A DNA stretch of 64,000 nt. Source: Camelus dromedarius (lineage: Eukaryota). Each line of letters opens with the position of its first letter. Position 1 is the first letter of the stretch. Under the pieces are notes generated by a model. That model made no database searches and was not told the DNA's origin. It saw only the letters and a list, made by a program, of their open reading frames with translations. Of this stretch, positions 25,188-37,120 are shown in pieces. Where the stretch lies: contig NC_087436.1 of assembly GCF_036321535.1 (NCBI RefSeq), forward strand, positions 4,464,001 through 4,528,000, in the 5' to 3' direction. Made by a program: the position numbers and the translations under genes.

Positions 25188-28038
25188 GTGTATACTGTGC
25201 ACCCTTAACTTACCACAGTCTGCCTTCACTTAAAGTAAACTCTTGTAAAAAAAAAAAAAACCAAGAAAAAAACTTCTATTTCTCCTCCCAACTCTGGGCT
25301 GATAGTGTTATACATTTTATTTCTACATGTGTTATAAAGCTCCCAATGCATAACTATTATTTTTGCTTTGAACAGTCAACTGTATCTTAAAGAGACTTAG
25401 ACATAAGAAAAATGTTTTATTTGTATCCACATATTAACCATCTCCTCTGCTCTTCATTCCTCAGTGTGGCTCAAGATTCCGTCTGCTATCGTTTCCTTTG
25501 GCCCGAAGGGCTTCCTTTAACATTTCTCTTTGTGATAGCGCATGTCTAATGTGACACATCTGTTAGACTTTTATACACCCAGAAAAGTCAGCTCTGGGGC
25601 ACTCGTCTTCCAAAGGTGTTTTTGCTGGATGTAGAAAGCTAGTTTGACAGTTTGGGGCTTTTGTCCCTTTGGACTCTGAAGACACCGTGCTGCTGCCCTG
25701 AACATGGTCTCCGATGGAACGCGCTGCTGTGCTCTGGCCTTCTGGATTTAATTTCCTCTTTTCACTGAAAGCTGTTGTTCTTCTTTTAATGACTGTTTTA
25801 AGCCATTTGATTATGATGTTCCTTGAGATAGTTTTCTTCATGTTTCTTGTACTTGGTATTCTGAACTTCTCAGACCTGTGTTTTTATAGTTTTCATTAAA
25901 TTTTGAAAGTTTTCTGTCCCTATTTCTCTCCCCACCCCCCCCTCCCCTTTCCTTTGGGGACTGTGATTACATATATTTGAGACCAAGTGTATTTTCATCT
26001 CTCATGTTGTTTTTTCCCTCTCTAGAAGTTTTATTTGGGTGTTTGTTTTTGTGTGTGTGTGTGTGGGTTTTTAAGATTGAACATGTTCCCTCTACCTTCC
26101 TGAATGTATGAAATAGAATTACGAGTCCATATCTGTGAATTCCATCATCTGGGCAGTTCTCAGTTTATTTTTACTGATTGATTTTTGTCTTAGCTATGGC
26201 TCTTATTTTCCTGTTACTTTGTATGTCTCCTACTTTTTTGATGCCATAAGTTGTTAAGTAGACCATTTTCTGTGCTAGATATTGTTGTGTTCCTAGTGAT
26301 ACTCTGGAGATACATTCTGTATTGCAGTTAAGGTACTCGAAAATTATTTTATGCTTTCAGTGTTGTTAGGTGGGCCCAGAGTAACCTGTAGTCTAAGACG
26401 GGCTGTCCTCTCCCAAGTAATATATTCTGTGAATTCAAAAGCCTCTCCACTCTGGTTGCTGAGAACACAAACGACCCGCAGCTCTTTGAGAGCCCTAAGA
26501 CTTAGAAGTGCTTATGCCCCCGTATCCAGTAACGCCCTCACACGTGTAACCTGGTCAGTACTCAGCTGACAATGAGAAGGAGCCCCCTCCGGTCTCTGTA
26601 ATTCTCTCTCTACGTGCAATTTTCTCCTTCCAGGTCCTCCAAGAGAACAGAGTTTCCTAGCCATTCCCAGACACACAGCATGTCTCCTCACCTCAGGGAG
26701 ACCCCAAGACTCACTTCCCTTCCAGGAGCAATCACAGGGCCACTGCGTTTGTGTCCCTTCCTCCAGAGACCAGTCCCTTGTGCTGCCGGACGTCAGTCTC
26801 TGAGCTCAGTATCTCATACGGCGTGTTCTGTGGATTAGTTGCTTCTGATGGGAGAGCGAATCAGGACTGTCTTCCTTCAGCTTCACCAGACCGTGTATGG
26901 CTCTCAGCGTGTGTCTGTAACATTTCAAAGTAACCTCCCTACATTTTACCTTATAGGCCTCTGTAAGGTGTTTAAGGGAGCATGCTTATATTCACATTTA
27001 ACCTTTGAGGAAATCCGTACCTGCCTAGCTCGCCCGACTCTTCCGTGGAAGCTCCTACCCCGGAGCCCAGTGCCCTGCATCCAACCACGGGTTGTTTCTC
27101 TGGACAACTGTGTCCAAAAATAGCACTTTTACTTTGAAAGTGAATTGTTGGGGATTTTAAAAAATCACTTATGAGGTGATTAATTGCATAACCTTTTCCT
27201 TAATGCTCTTGTTAAATTATTTCTTCTAAACACAGTTCCCATTTTCTTTTCATATCAAAGATTGAATTGCTTTCATCTGGAGCTAAAAATTTCCAAATGA
27301 GTTGGAAGATATATGAATATAGAATTGACAGGATATTATTAATGTCACCTTATCAAACACATCTCTCACTCTGAACTTTTTGCAGCGGATTTGTGGTGTA
27401 TAAATTTACTGTGAAGTCTGATGTACAAATATCAGGCAAAACTGCCAAGGTCAATTTTAAAAGAGGAATTGAAAAGTAAGTTGGCAAAAATACTATCTTC
27501 AGTTGCGTTTCAGGAAATGCAAGTGATTTTTTTCAACAAAATTAAAAAAATTATTATAAATATAATGCACCTTGTTAAGAAGACAAATACAAAATAAAAA
27601 AGAGAAGAAACTAAAATTACCCATAATTTCAGAATCAGAAAATTACTACTAACATTTTGGTCTATTTCCTTCCAGTCTTTATTTTTCTCTATCATATAGG
27701 TAGGTCATTACGTGTTTACTTTTATTACAAAATAATGTAATTAAATTGCACATATTTTGCACACCTTTTTTTGTTTGTTTTCTTTAACTTGGCTCATAGG
27801 CTTCTAACACCTTCAGCTCTCCCTGTTTGTAATTTAATATTAGCATTATACTTGTGTAAACATCTCTTCTGTTTAAAAGCCAGTTGTGCCTCACTTGCAG
27901 ATATTAATAAACATAACACTAAAAGGAGCAATTCAGAAGTTTAATAAGTAGAAAAGTAATTTTTATTTATAAAGGGAAAAAAAAATATCCACTGTTTTAG
28001 CCTGTATTCCAAATAAAGCATTCAGGAGGAACATTTAC

Positions 28039-28091
28039 CTTGGGTTAATCAATTCCTTCTTGGGGGTGAATAATTTTTCTAAAGCTTTGTT
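28039..28091 (-). pseudogene. Candidate 3' end of a decayed exon
   Basis: Donor AAG|gtaaat. Reads NKALEKLFTPKKELINP and ends in phase 2, joining the 21700 acceptor as INPR|DLRTYKK. The upstream acceptor was not identified. Confidence 0.25.
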
Positions 28092-28419
28092 TCAGGAAGT
28101 TGCCTTTTGGATTTCTCACGAGGGACTGGTAATGTGCTTGGGATGCCGAGCCCCTGAGCAGTGTTACTCACGTAATAATGGCCGGACGTCCTTTTCTCTC
28201 CCAGCAGGTGCCAGATGGTAGATGTTACAATGATGGGGCGGAGTCAAGGTGGCAGCAGCAGCCGGGCAGAACCCGTGAGTTTTCCAAATTTATAAGAATG
28301 AAGAAAACTCCCATTGCTCAGTAATGCAGGAAAAGAAGGCAGCATTAATGACATATTTTCCAACATAGATGGAAAATGAGATATTCTAATAAATAGAAAT
28401 ATACATTTGTTGTTTGCTT

Positions 28420-28585
28420 CTGTGTTTCCCAGTCGGCACCTAAAGGATCAGCTGGCGTGCTTGTTAACAATTCTGACCCCTCTCTACCCCAGAACCACTG
28501 AATCCAAGTCTCCAGGGAAGACTCTACTTGTAACAGATTCTTCTTCCCCATGCAATTCTAAAGATGGGCCAAGTTTGGGGTGGAA
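28420..28585. mobile_element. MER5A-like hAT element
   Basis: ggatcagctggcgtgcttgttaacaattctgaccc...ccccagaaccactgaatccaagtctccaggg...ccaagtttgggg. Confidence 0.55.
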
Positions 28586-29087
28586 AGTTGTAAATTTCAG
28601 CAAATAATGTCATCCTAGAGCTGTCTGAATGCCTTCATCGCTGCTGACTCAGAAAAGGCGTTTCACATCCATGCTGGACCCTCAGAGCAACACTAGGAAC
28701 ACACATTACAAAATTGTCAGAAGGATGACTTTTATGTTTTGTGCCTTTTTGCCATAATTAACAAAAAGATGTACATTATGATGGAATTCTGTAGGTTACA
28801 AGAAATACAGTATCCTGCTTGACAGATAATTTTCATAGAAATTCCATGTTTGGTCGCTGTTGGGGTCATTCCAGGGTTTTCTGCAGTAGTTGCGCTTGGC
28901 TGGTGCTGATTTGAGAATGGCTGTCACCAGCCCTAAGTTATTGGGTATAAGTTTATTTGCTGCAATGATGTGAATCACCTATCTTGTTTTACCATCTCAA
29001 TCATTTGTGCCATTTCTTATGAAATGACTCATTACTTTCCTGCTAAATTGAGCCAAAACTCCTTCAGGGAAAAGTCAAGTTCTCTAT

Positions 29088-29580
29088 TGTGGGGTTCCAG
29101 GACAAGGAAGAGGCCCCACAGAGAGCCAAGGGGGCTCCGGTCACAGGATGCCTGCCTGTGCCCTTGTCACTCACGTCACGAAGACACTGACCAGAAAACA
29201 CAGAGAACATGTCATTGTTTTAGCCCGACTAACAGCCCTGAGTTATGGCCTAACAAACCCTCTCCCCAGTATTCCTCAAGCACTCCAGGCCGCCTACCTC
29301 CTCCTAAAGATGGACTGCACCTGCCCCAGGATCATCAACCTAAGCCCTTCGATAAAGATTAACTAACGTCTGGAAACCTTCAACACGACCCCCTTCCCTA
29401 AAGCATGTAGACGGTCAGGCCCTTCTTTATGACAGACCCTAAGCACCTGCCCTGCGGACGCACAGACACCTCTAGCCTGTTGCCTGTAGCAGCACACCTA
29501 ATAAATGTTTCTTTCACTTTTCTTTGTTTCTGGTGAATTCTTTTACTGCCTGCGGTACCAGCCCATCTTATCCCATAACA
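29088..29580 (+). mobile_element. ERV solo LTR (family not recognised)
   Basis: TG...CA ends, AATAAA near 29500 followed by ctggtgaattcttttac, and a 5-bp TSD tctat/tctgt. Confidence 0.8.
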
Positions 29581-30726
29581 TCTGTCAAATAAGTGAGTCC
29601 CTTAAGAGAGCACATAGCAGGCTTACCAGGGGCTGAGGGCAGTGGAAGCTAAATGTAAAAAGGCTTTACCCGTCAGGGTGGGGAAGGGACAGAGATGCGC
29701 GCCGTAAGGCACATGCCTCGCAATAGCGAGTGTGTGAAGTAAGACGGGAAGACACTCTCTCACGAGAAATCTGCCTTCCAGGTTCCCACGTGGTGTCCTG
29801 GGAACATCATGCACTGGTGGCTGTAAATCTTGACGAGCTTGTTGCTATTTTGTCTGGTTACTAACAATGCAGGCAAGCCCAGTAATTACTGGTTGCAATT
29901 CACTACTTTTCCTGTTTGAGGTTTTGTTTTGGTTTTGGGGTTTTTTTTCCCCTTTGACAACCTTACCCATGTCTACATTTGAGTCCTTATGTAAAATTGT
30001 TTTCCATTCCAATGCCTTTGATAACTATGTAAGTCAATATGTGCTATTGTAATGAATAAGTGGTTAGTAATATGTTTTTGTTGACATTTGCTCCCGATTA
30101 TCTTTTCAAGTGCATTTTATTTCATAATAGTGAAAGAAATGAGCATGGCCCATGGACTGAATCCTCTTCCAGGAAGGAAGTAGCAGTAAGGATTACAGAA
30201 CTGGGGGGAGGCAGGGCAGAGTGTGATCTGTGTGATACACAATGTGTCACCACCTTTGGGGACACACGCTTTGAGCATTTGTCTCTTTGGCTTTCCTTCC
30301 TCTAATCAGTAAACTGACTAAAAGCAAGGTGTATACATTGTCCTCAAGATAAGGCACGTGCTTTGCAACACTGCACAAGAACAAGGAACACACGTTCACT
30401 GGATGTCATTTCTTTCAGTCTGGCCAACAGATGGTAAGATTCCTGTCTTCATGAATTTTAAAGCACCAGTCCTGCTCTTGGTGTGGGGAGTCTTGAACCC
30501 TCAACACTCTATCTCCATGAGCCCAAATTCATCCTTATCCTAACTGCTTATGAAAATAGCTATTTTCACTATCTGTTTACTTTCTTGTGTGAATTCTTTA
30601 AGCATAATGACCTCAATGACCTCGGCAGCTGCTTTTGTAAATGTGCCACACTCCATGTTATGTTGGTACTTACTGTGTATATGGATACATGGTGAATTCT
30701 CTCCCATTACTTTGTGGGTATGTATT

Positions 30727-31610
30727 TGTGATATTGTGACTTGTAATAAGAAATAGATATTTGGTTTTCTGGTACAAAACATGTGGAATTTCCTAGGTGA
30801 TGAGCCCCACAAAGGTGCCTTTTGTATGTTAATGAGGTGGTTTTTGGAAAGTCCTTAGGTAAGCTAAGGGTCAGGGCTGGTTGCCAAGGGAACCAATCTT
30901 GTGATTAGAGGATTGGAAACTTTCAGTCCCACCCCAGACCTCCAGGGAGGAGAGGGGGCTTGTCGATGGAGGTTGATCACCAAAGGCCAAATGATTCAAT
31001 CAATTGTACCTATTTAATAAAGCCTCCAAAACTCAAAAGGCTGGAGTTCAGAGAGCTCCCAGTTTGGTGAATGCATGGAGATTCCAGGCAAGTGGCGCCC
31101 AGAGCAGGCATGAGAGCCCCAACCCCTTTCCCCATGCCTTGCCTTGGTGCGTCTTTTCCACTGGTTGTCCCCGAGTTGTATCCTTTTACAACGAACCGGT
31201 TATCTAGTGAGCAGAGTCTTTCACTGAGCTCTGCGCCAGGAAACTGGCTGAACCCAATGAAGAGGACGTAGGAAGCTCTCGTTTACAGCCAGTCAGAAGA
31301 ACAGGTAACAACGTGGGCTTGCAGTTGACAACCTGAGCTGAGGGTGTTGTTGTAGATGGCTGTGCGGAAAACAGGTGGTAACCTGGGCTTGTGATCGGTG
31401 TCTGAACTGGGTGTGTGTTGGGAGCAGGAGTAGGGGGGTGGTCTGGTAGGACTGAGCCCTTAACCTGTGGAATTTGATGTCATCTCTGGGTAGATAGTGT
31501 CAGAATTGAGCTGAATTGTAGCTGGTGTCCAGAACATTATTTGTTGGAACTGTGGGGAACCCCCTCACCTCTCCACCACACGTTGGCATTTGGGTGCAGA
31601 ACCAATTTTA
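30727..31610 (+). mobile_element. MER21-like LTR
   Basis: tgtgatattgtgacttgtaataag...gggctggttgccaagggaaccaatcttgtgattagaggattggaaactttcagtcccaccccagacctccagggaggagaggggg...gtagatagtgtcagaattgagctgaattgta. Confidence 0.85.
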
Positions 31611-32826
31611 GTATTAAACTGGGCTAAAGTTTTCAAGGAATCCTTACTTTGTCAGGTGGAAGACAAACTCTAATATTTTTCAACTTGATATCACCTTCTC
31701 AGCAAAGCCATCCCTGACTCGCAGCCTAGAGGATCTCCCCCTTATTGGTGTTACATTGTTCAGTTGTTTCACAGTATTTTCCAGGAGGACCAGACAGTCA
31801 TGATAATGTCACAAAACATGAGAGTTGGAAGACCTTGCCTAGATCAAAGACCTGAGTTGCACATCAGGAAACTGAAAGTCCTAGAAGTATAAATGGACTG
31901 TCCAACGTCACTCTGTTGGTTGGTGTCAGAGTCACTCAGACACCTGCACCAACCTGATGCCTCATCTTTGGGTATAAAAAGGGCCAGAGACACTGAAGTT
32001 TGCCACCTACAGGGAAACCTTCGTGAGTCATTGTGTGCAAGACTGCCCTGGGACAGTGGGGAGAGATGTAAACTCTGCTTTTCCTCTGGTGGGTTGACAC
32101 ATAGAGCACCCACCCCAAGCTCATCAGAACCTAGGGACCACCTAGCCCACTGGCAGCCGGGGAAAGAAATCAAAACCCTCAGAAGTGTTCAGAACTACGG
32201 ATCATGCCAACGGTATCAAGAGTAAAGGGAAGATGAGAAACCTTAAACAACCAGCTGGTCCAGATCTGACGGTTCGCACACGTTCAAGATTTCAGGAGCT
32301 GCAGATCTCTGTCAGTGTCAGGCAGGAGGAAGAATGAAAGGGTTGGGACCAAGAGAGGTGAGAATGTTCCTTCCTCCTCGCCAGTAACCAACCAAATCCT
32401 ACCTTTAATCAATTGAGTTATCAAGTCACAGAAGAAAATATATTTTTGGAAGTATATTATGTTTATGGACGTATATTGAGTATCTTAATCACATCTATAG
32501 TTTCAACCTTTCAGGAAACTGAAACTCAGAAAGAGTGCCCAGGGTACAAACAGGCATCCTCCTCCTGCCATTTGGTAGTTTTCTGCCTAACGAGGCTAAA
32601 CTGGAGCAGCTGGATGAAATTCCATTTTTCCTTTTACTTAGCTCTCGCGTTTTCTTCGGTTGGCTGATGGGTGACTTCAGGGGCTATGGGTGATTAAAAA
32701 GGGGCAGCTCAGGCAGAGGTTTGACAGGGAGTGCCAGGCCCCAGGTCCCAGGGGAGCAGAAGGATGCAAACCGGAGTGGGAGACTCACGGGTGCAGGTAC
32801 AGAGGGGGCAGGAAAGGTAGTGAAAC

Positions 32827-33340
32827 TGTAACAAGAAAGAATAAATCTGACTCCGTATTAGACCTATTTCTGTGCCCTGTTTTCCAGGCTCAGTCTTGCC
32901 GGTGCTGCACCTTTTGTGAAACAACGTTGCCTTTAGCCTGAAATTTACAGGAGAGCCTATTCTCAGGGCTCTGACCTTTAAGGATGTCAGCTCTTCTGCA
33001 CTTATGCAGAGATGGCAAGTTGCAAAATAGGGAATAACCTTTGTTTTGTTGGAGGTTTACAGGGACACCGTGACCTGGCCCACATGGACGGTGCAAGAAC
33101 AAAGGATTCCTGCAGCAAGAAGTCGGCACAACCAACCACACCCCCTCCCCTGTTATTTTTTTTTTATAAAAGGAGCCTGTATTCTGAATGGGGGAGGATG
33201 GTTCTCCAAGACATTAGTCTGCCATCCCCTCGGTCTGCCAGCTTTCCAAATAAAGTCACTATATTCCTTGCCCCAACATTTCATCCCCTGATTTATTGGC
33301 CTGTCCTGTGGCGAGCAGAAGGAGTTTGGACTCGGTAACA
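32827..33340 (+). mobile_element. ERV1 solo LTR (cetartiodactyl LTR39-like family), copy A
   Basis: TGTAACAAGAAAGAATAAATCTGACTCC...TATAAAAG...AATAAAGTC...GGACTCGGTAACA. Colinear with copy C at 61320; approximate TSD aaac. Confidence 0.9.
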
Positions 33341-33349
33341 AACTTACCA

Positions 33350-33500
33350 TTCTCCAGTGCTCACTGTGTGCTGGGGGTTATGCCAGACGCTTTGCAGTTC
33401 TCTGTCATTTATCCCTGCAACTGGGAGAAGCGTCAGACGCAAGCTCAGAGGACTTCGGTCACGTGTTTGAACTCCCACAGCTTAAACGTGAGAGGACCGG
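33350..33500 (-). mobile_element. MIR fragment
   Basis: agtgctcactgtgtgctggg...gctcagaggacttcggtcacgtgtttgaactcccacagct. Confidence 0.45.
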
Positions 33501-34921
33501 TCGTGCCCCGGGGTCTCCTGCTTGTCTCTCTGTTCAACACTGTTGGTCAAGAACAAAACAAAGAATGGAGGTGGGATTTTAACATCCTCAATGCCAGTTC
33601 CAGTGTGGCCTCAATAAGCAGTTAGCCGAGGAGGGAGGGAGGACGGCGCGGGCACAAGGCTATGCGGGGAAGAGGTTCAGGAGCCAGTGGGGGAGCACCA
33701 GAGCATCAAGCCTAAGGCAGAGCAACGTGGAGGGCCAGCCCAAGGCTTCCGTTCCCCTTGTCTCAGGGCCCTTTCTGGGGCAGGTGCCAAGCCATCAGCC
33801 CCTGTCACGGCAAAGAAGACTTCTCCATCTCCAAAGCTATCTTGTGCAGTATGTTAGCCCTTAGCCACTCGTAGAGATTTACATCTAAATTAATTAACAT
33901 TTAATAAAATTAAACACTCAGTGCTTGGGGTCATGGCAGCCTCATTTCACGGGCTCAACGTCTTGCCTCTGTGGTTATGCCTCTGTGATCCGTCTGGTCT
34001 TAGGAAAAGCTGACCAGACCCTGCATCTGGTATTGGGGCTCAGGTGCGGTTGTGAAGGAAATGGGGGTACCCACCTGTGTGGTCTGTTCTCAGCATTAAT
34101 AGGAAACACTGAAGGAGCGCGTGTTATTAGCTGACCTCACTTTTCTGTGCCCGTAAGTGTGTGCAGGTAAGAGTGTTGATGCTGGAGGCACATGTTTGCA
34201 GGACGGACAGAGCAGCAAGTCGAAAGTGGGCAGTAAAATGATTTGAAGGGAAATGCTTTCAGGGAGACTTATATGTCTGGAGAAATACATAGTGCAGGAG
34301 ACACAGACAAAAGTCTTCCTAATACGGGTTGTCCGTGAAGTCTGGACGCGGGCACAGACCAAGTTCAACTGCCGTGTATAAGCCTTTCCTTTTTCTTTTT
34401 AAATATACACATTCTTTAATTTTTCCCCATATTATTTGCTTAAGATTGATTAATTTTAAAAAGGCCCCATGTGTGATGGCTATCATTTAATGTCATTTAA
34501 AAATTTTTTTCCCTGATAAGACCTAATTCATGTGAGAAAGCTTTTGTTAATGCTTATCAGTATATCAGATTAGAAGAAAATGTCCCCTTTGTTGGCCACA
34601 TGACAACTGTTATGTTCTTATGCCAGAGTTTGAAAATATTCTGTTTATTTGTTGGCTCGGACTGATCAAGACCAAGTTCTTTACAGAGGAATAAAGGCAA
34701 CTTGTCAGTGATGATTTTGGACTTGTTTTGAGTGTTTTCCTAAATTCAGAAAGATCTTTTATGGACAATGCAATGCCTGTAGGCTAGCACAACTGTGGCT
34801 CTTCAACACTCTGCTTCTAGTTTTTCACTGTTCCGTCCTTCTAAGAAGGTTATGAATATGACCCCAAACCACAGTAAAAATGAGATCTTCTCACTGCTCA
34901 TCTGCTATTGCCTCCCTCTCC

Positions 34922-35030
34922 TTTTTTCAACTTTACTTATTTTCAACTTTACTTTTAATGGAGGTACCGGGGATCGAACCCCAGGCTTTGCACATGCTGA
35001 GCACATGCTCCACCACTGCACTCTACCCCC
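34922..35030 (-). mobile_element. Camelid tRNA-Ala-derived SINE (vic-1 type)
   Basis: taatggaggtaccggggatcgaaccccagg...catgctgagcacatgctccaccactgcactctacccc; the tail has a duplicated ttttcaactttactt. Confidence 0.9.
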
Positions 35031-35379
35031 ACCCCCACCCCCACCCCAGCCCCATCCCTATCCTCTCCGTTACTGGGAACAGGACGCCTGATGGCAGAAG
35101 GCAGATCAGGGACTAAGGTCTCAGCTCGTGGTCTCCTTAGCTGTAGGGGAGCTTTCCTTCTCAGAAGAGCAATGTTCCTGGCATCAGAGCCACAACCTCA
35201 TAGTAGCATTTTGTGTGAAGCACACCTGTTAGGCAGGTGCCCAGACCCAAGCAGCCGGGACAGGAGGCACGGCCCCCAGCCTCCCCTAGGGGTGTCCACG
35301 CCGCTCACACGAAGGGCACCTGCCCGGGGGGAGAGGAGAGCAGTTTCGGTGTCTGGACGGGCCCCAGCTCTCTTCCGAT

Positions 35380-35610
35380 CTCTACCTCTTTTCTTATCCT
35401 TTGTCTTCCTCTCCTTCCTTTTCTCTTTTCCCATTTCTTCAGTCTATTTTCTTCTTCGATTTTCCTTCCTCTTTTCTCACTAATGGTTCTCTTTCTCCTT
35501 TCTTCTCTTTTCTCACATCTCCCTAGGTCTACTTCTGTTTTCTGCGTCTATTCCAGCTTGTCTTTCTCCTTCACCTCCAACTTCCCTTTTCCTCTGCTTC
35601 TCCTCTTACT
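35380..35610. repeat. CT-rich low-complexity tract
   Basis: Direct observation; it explains the Phe/Leu/Ser-rich ORFs in the track. Confidence 0.85.
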
Positions 35611-36058
35611 TCAACCTCTGCAGAGAAGCACATGCCGTCAAGAGCCCTGGGGGTCTGCCTCGTGTGCAGCGCAGTGCCCCAAAGATGGTACTTGGAGAAT
35701 TCTAACATTTCGGTGGTGGTTACTAAGAATTAAAGATGTATCAGAGGATGGAAGGGGCTGAGTGGTAACTGCTATGTTCTACTAGGAGTTCGCTTAGTCC
35801 TTCATTCTCCAGTAAGGGAATTTAAGTTCTCTCCACCTAATGCTGTGGAAACTTCACAGTGGGAGCAAACTTGAAGGGCACTGGCCATGATTGTATCTGA
35901 CCGACTTGAGACCCTCCACCAACAGAGCAATCCCGGAGACCTGTACAGTCGGAGGAAGAGGTGACAATATGGTTAGGTTTAAATTCCACATTGTCAAGGA
36001 TATCTTGGCTTAACAGGTTGATGTATTTCCAACAGCAGCGCATTGGAAAATTAAACTA

Positions 36059-36388
36059 CATTTGACCCTTGAATAACATGGGCTTTAATTGTGGGGTCCA
36101 CTTACATGTAGATTTTTTTCAATAAATATAGTTACCTGTGTTTTCATCTTACAGATCTCTAGGTTAACAAAGTGTTGGGAAAAGTTTGTGTTTGATTAGA
36201 GATCACAGTCTGTAGAGTCAAAAGAACTAAGTTTTGAGCCCTGATTCTCTCCAGACTGTCTCAGCTTCCTGCCCTGGGGTGAATCATTTATTCACTTTTT
36301 GGTTTTTGAGGCACAGCCATCAATATGCACACTTTCCCCTGTGAGGGGGTCGGAGCCCCCAGCCCCCGTTGTGTTCAAGGACCCGCTG
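36059..36388 (+). mobile_element. Tigger2-derived non-autonomous DNA transposon (MER8/Tigger2a-type ends)
   Basis: Terminal inverted repeats catttgacccttgaataacatggg / cccgttgtgttcaaggacccgctg, with a TA TSD on both sides. Confidence 0.8.
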
Positions 36389-36693
36389 TAGGTTTATTCT
36401 ATCTTGCACTGACATTGGGAAGAGGATGTGTGTGTCAGTCAGAAATGAGACTCGGAGCCTGCCAGTTCAAAGCTACTAGTTAAATAGTTTCTTTATCTGC
36501 TTCTGTGTATTTAAGAAGGGCAAGATAACAGCTTCATGCTAGCCTAAAATTTTCCATTGAAGGAATATTCTATTTTAGTATCATTACCTGCCTCTATATA
36601 AGCACCCACTTTGCGTTGTTATAACGTTTTTTGATTAAAGTTAATGTTTACTAACTGTTTCATGGCAAGGATTTTAATGAGGAACAGACACTG

Positions 36694-37120
36694 TGTAATA
36701 GGGAAGAAACTTTCTATTCTATCTATAGACTAATCACTGAAGGGCTGTTTCTTGCAAGCTTAAATGGTACACAGTGGCCCGTCTCTGGAAACCCTGCCTC
36801 CCAGATCATGAGCGTGAAAATACCTTTGTTGAGCTCACAGGAAACACCCTGCCCAGGCCCACCTGGGAATGGCTGCAGGAAGGAAGAAGTTAGCACCTCC
36901 CTTCCAGAGTCGGACTCGAACCAGGACTTCACCCCTCCCCTTTTAGTATAAAAGAAGCCCGAATTCAAACTCAGGGAAGATGGTTCTTTCAGACAATAGC
37001 CCCCCATCTTCTCAGTCTGCTGGCTTTCCAGACAACATCGCTATTCCTTGTCCCATCGCCTCGTGTCTCAATTTATTGGCCTGTCGTGTGGCAAGCAGTG
37101 CGAGCTTGGACTCAGTAACA
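36694..37120 (+). mobile_element. ERV1 solo LTR (LTR39-like family, different subfamily), copy B
   Basis: tgtaatagggaagaa...tataaaagaagcc...tttattggcctgtcgtgtggcaagcagtgcgagcttggactcagtaaca. Shares the 3' half with copies A and C; U3 differs. Confidence 0.85.

Larger units (their letters stand above)
22650..26900 (-). mobile_element. Old, fragmented LINE-1 (ORF2 and ORF1/5' remnants), interrupted by MER58
   Basis: Minus-strand ORF remnants MSLFIEDVIIYIEYPTESTKKLLELMNQF (RT domain, decayed YADD region) and KKTISRNIIIKWLKT (ORF1). Boundaries are approximate. Confidence 0.8.

Noticed and set aside
28200..28215. CTCF-like motif ccagcaggtgcc
   Set aside because: Mismatch at a core position; single weak matches are expected by chance in 64 kb
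28796..28978. Kringle-like motif RNYCRKPWNDP in a minus-strand ORF
   Set aside because: The other kringle cysteines and the PWCY motif are absent and no exon boundaries fit; likely chance
35091..35761. Hydrophobic membrane-protein-like ORFs
   Set aside because: They are translations of a CT-rich low-complexity tract
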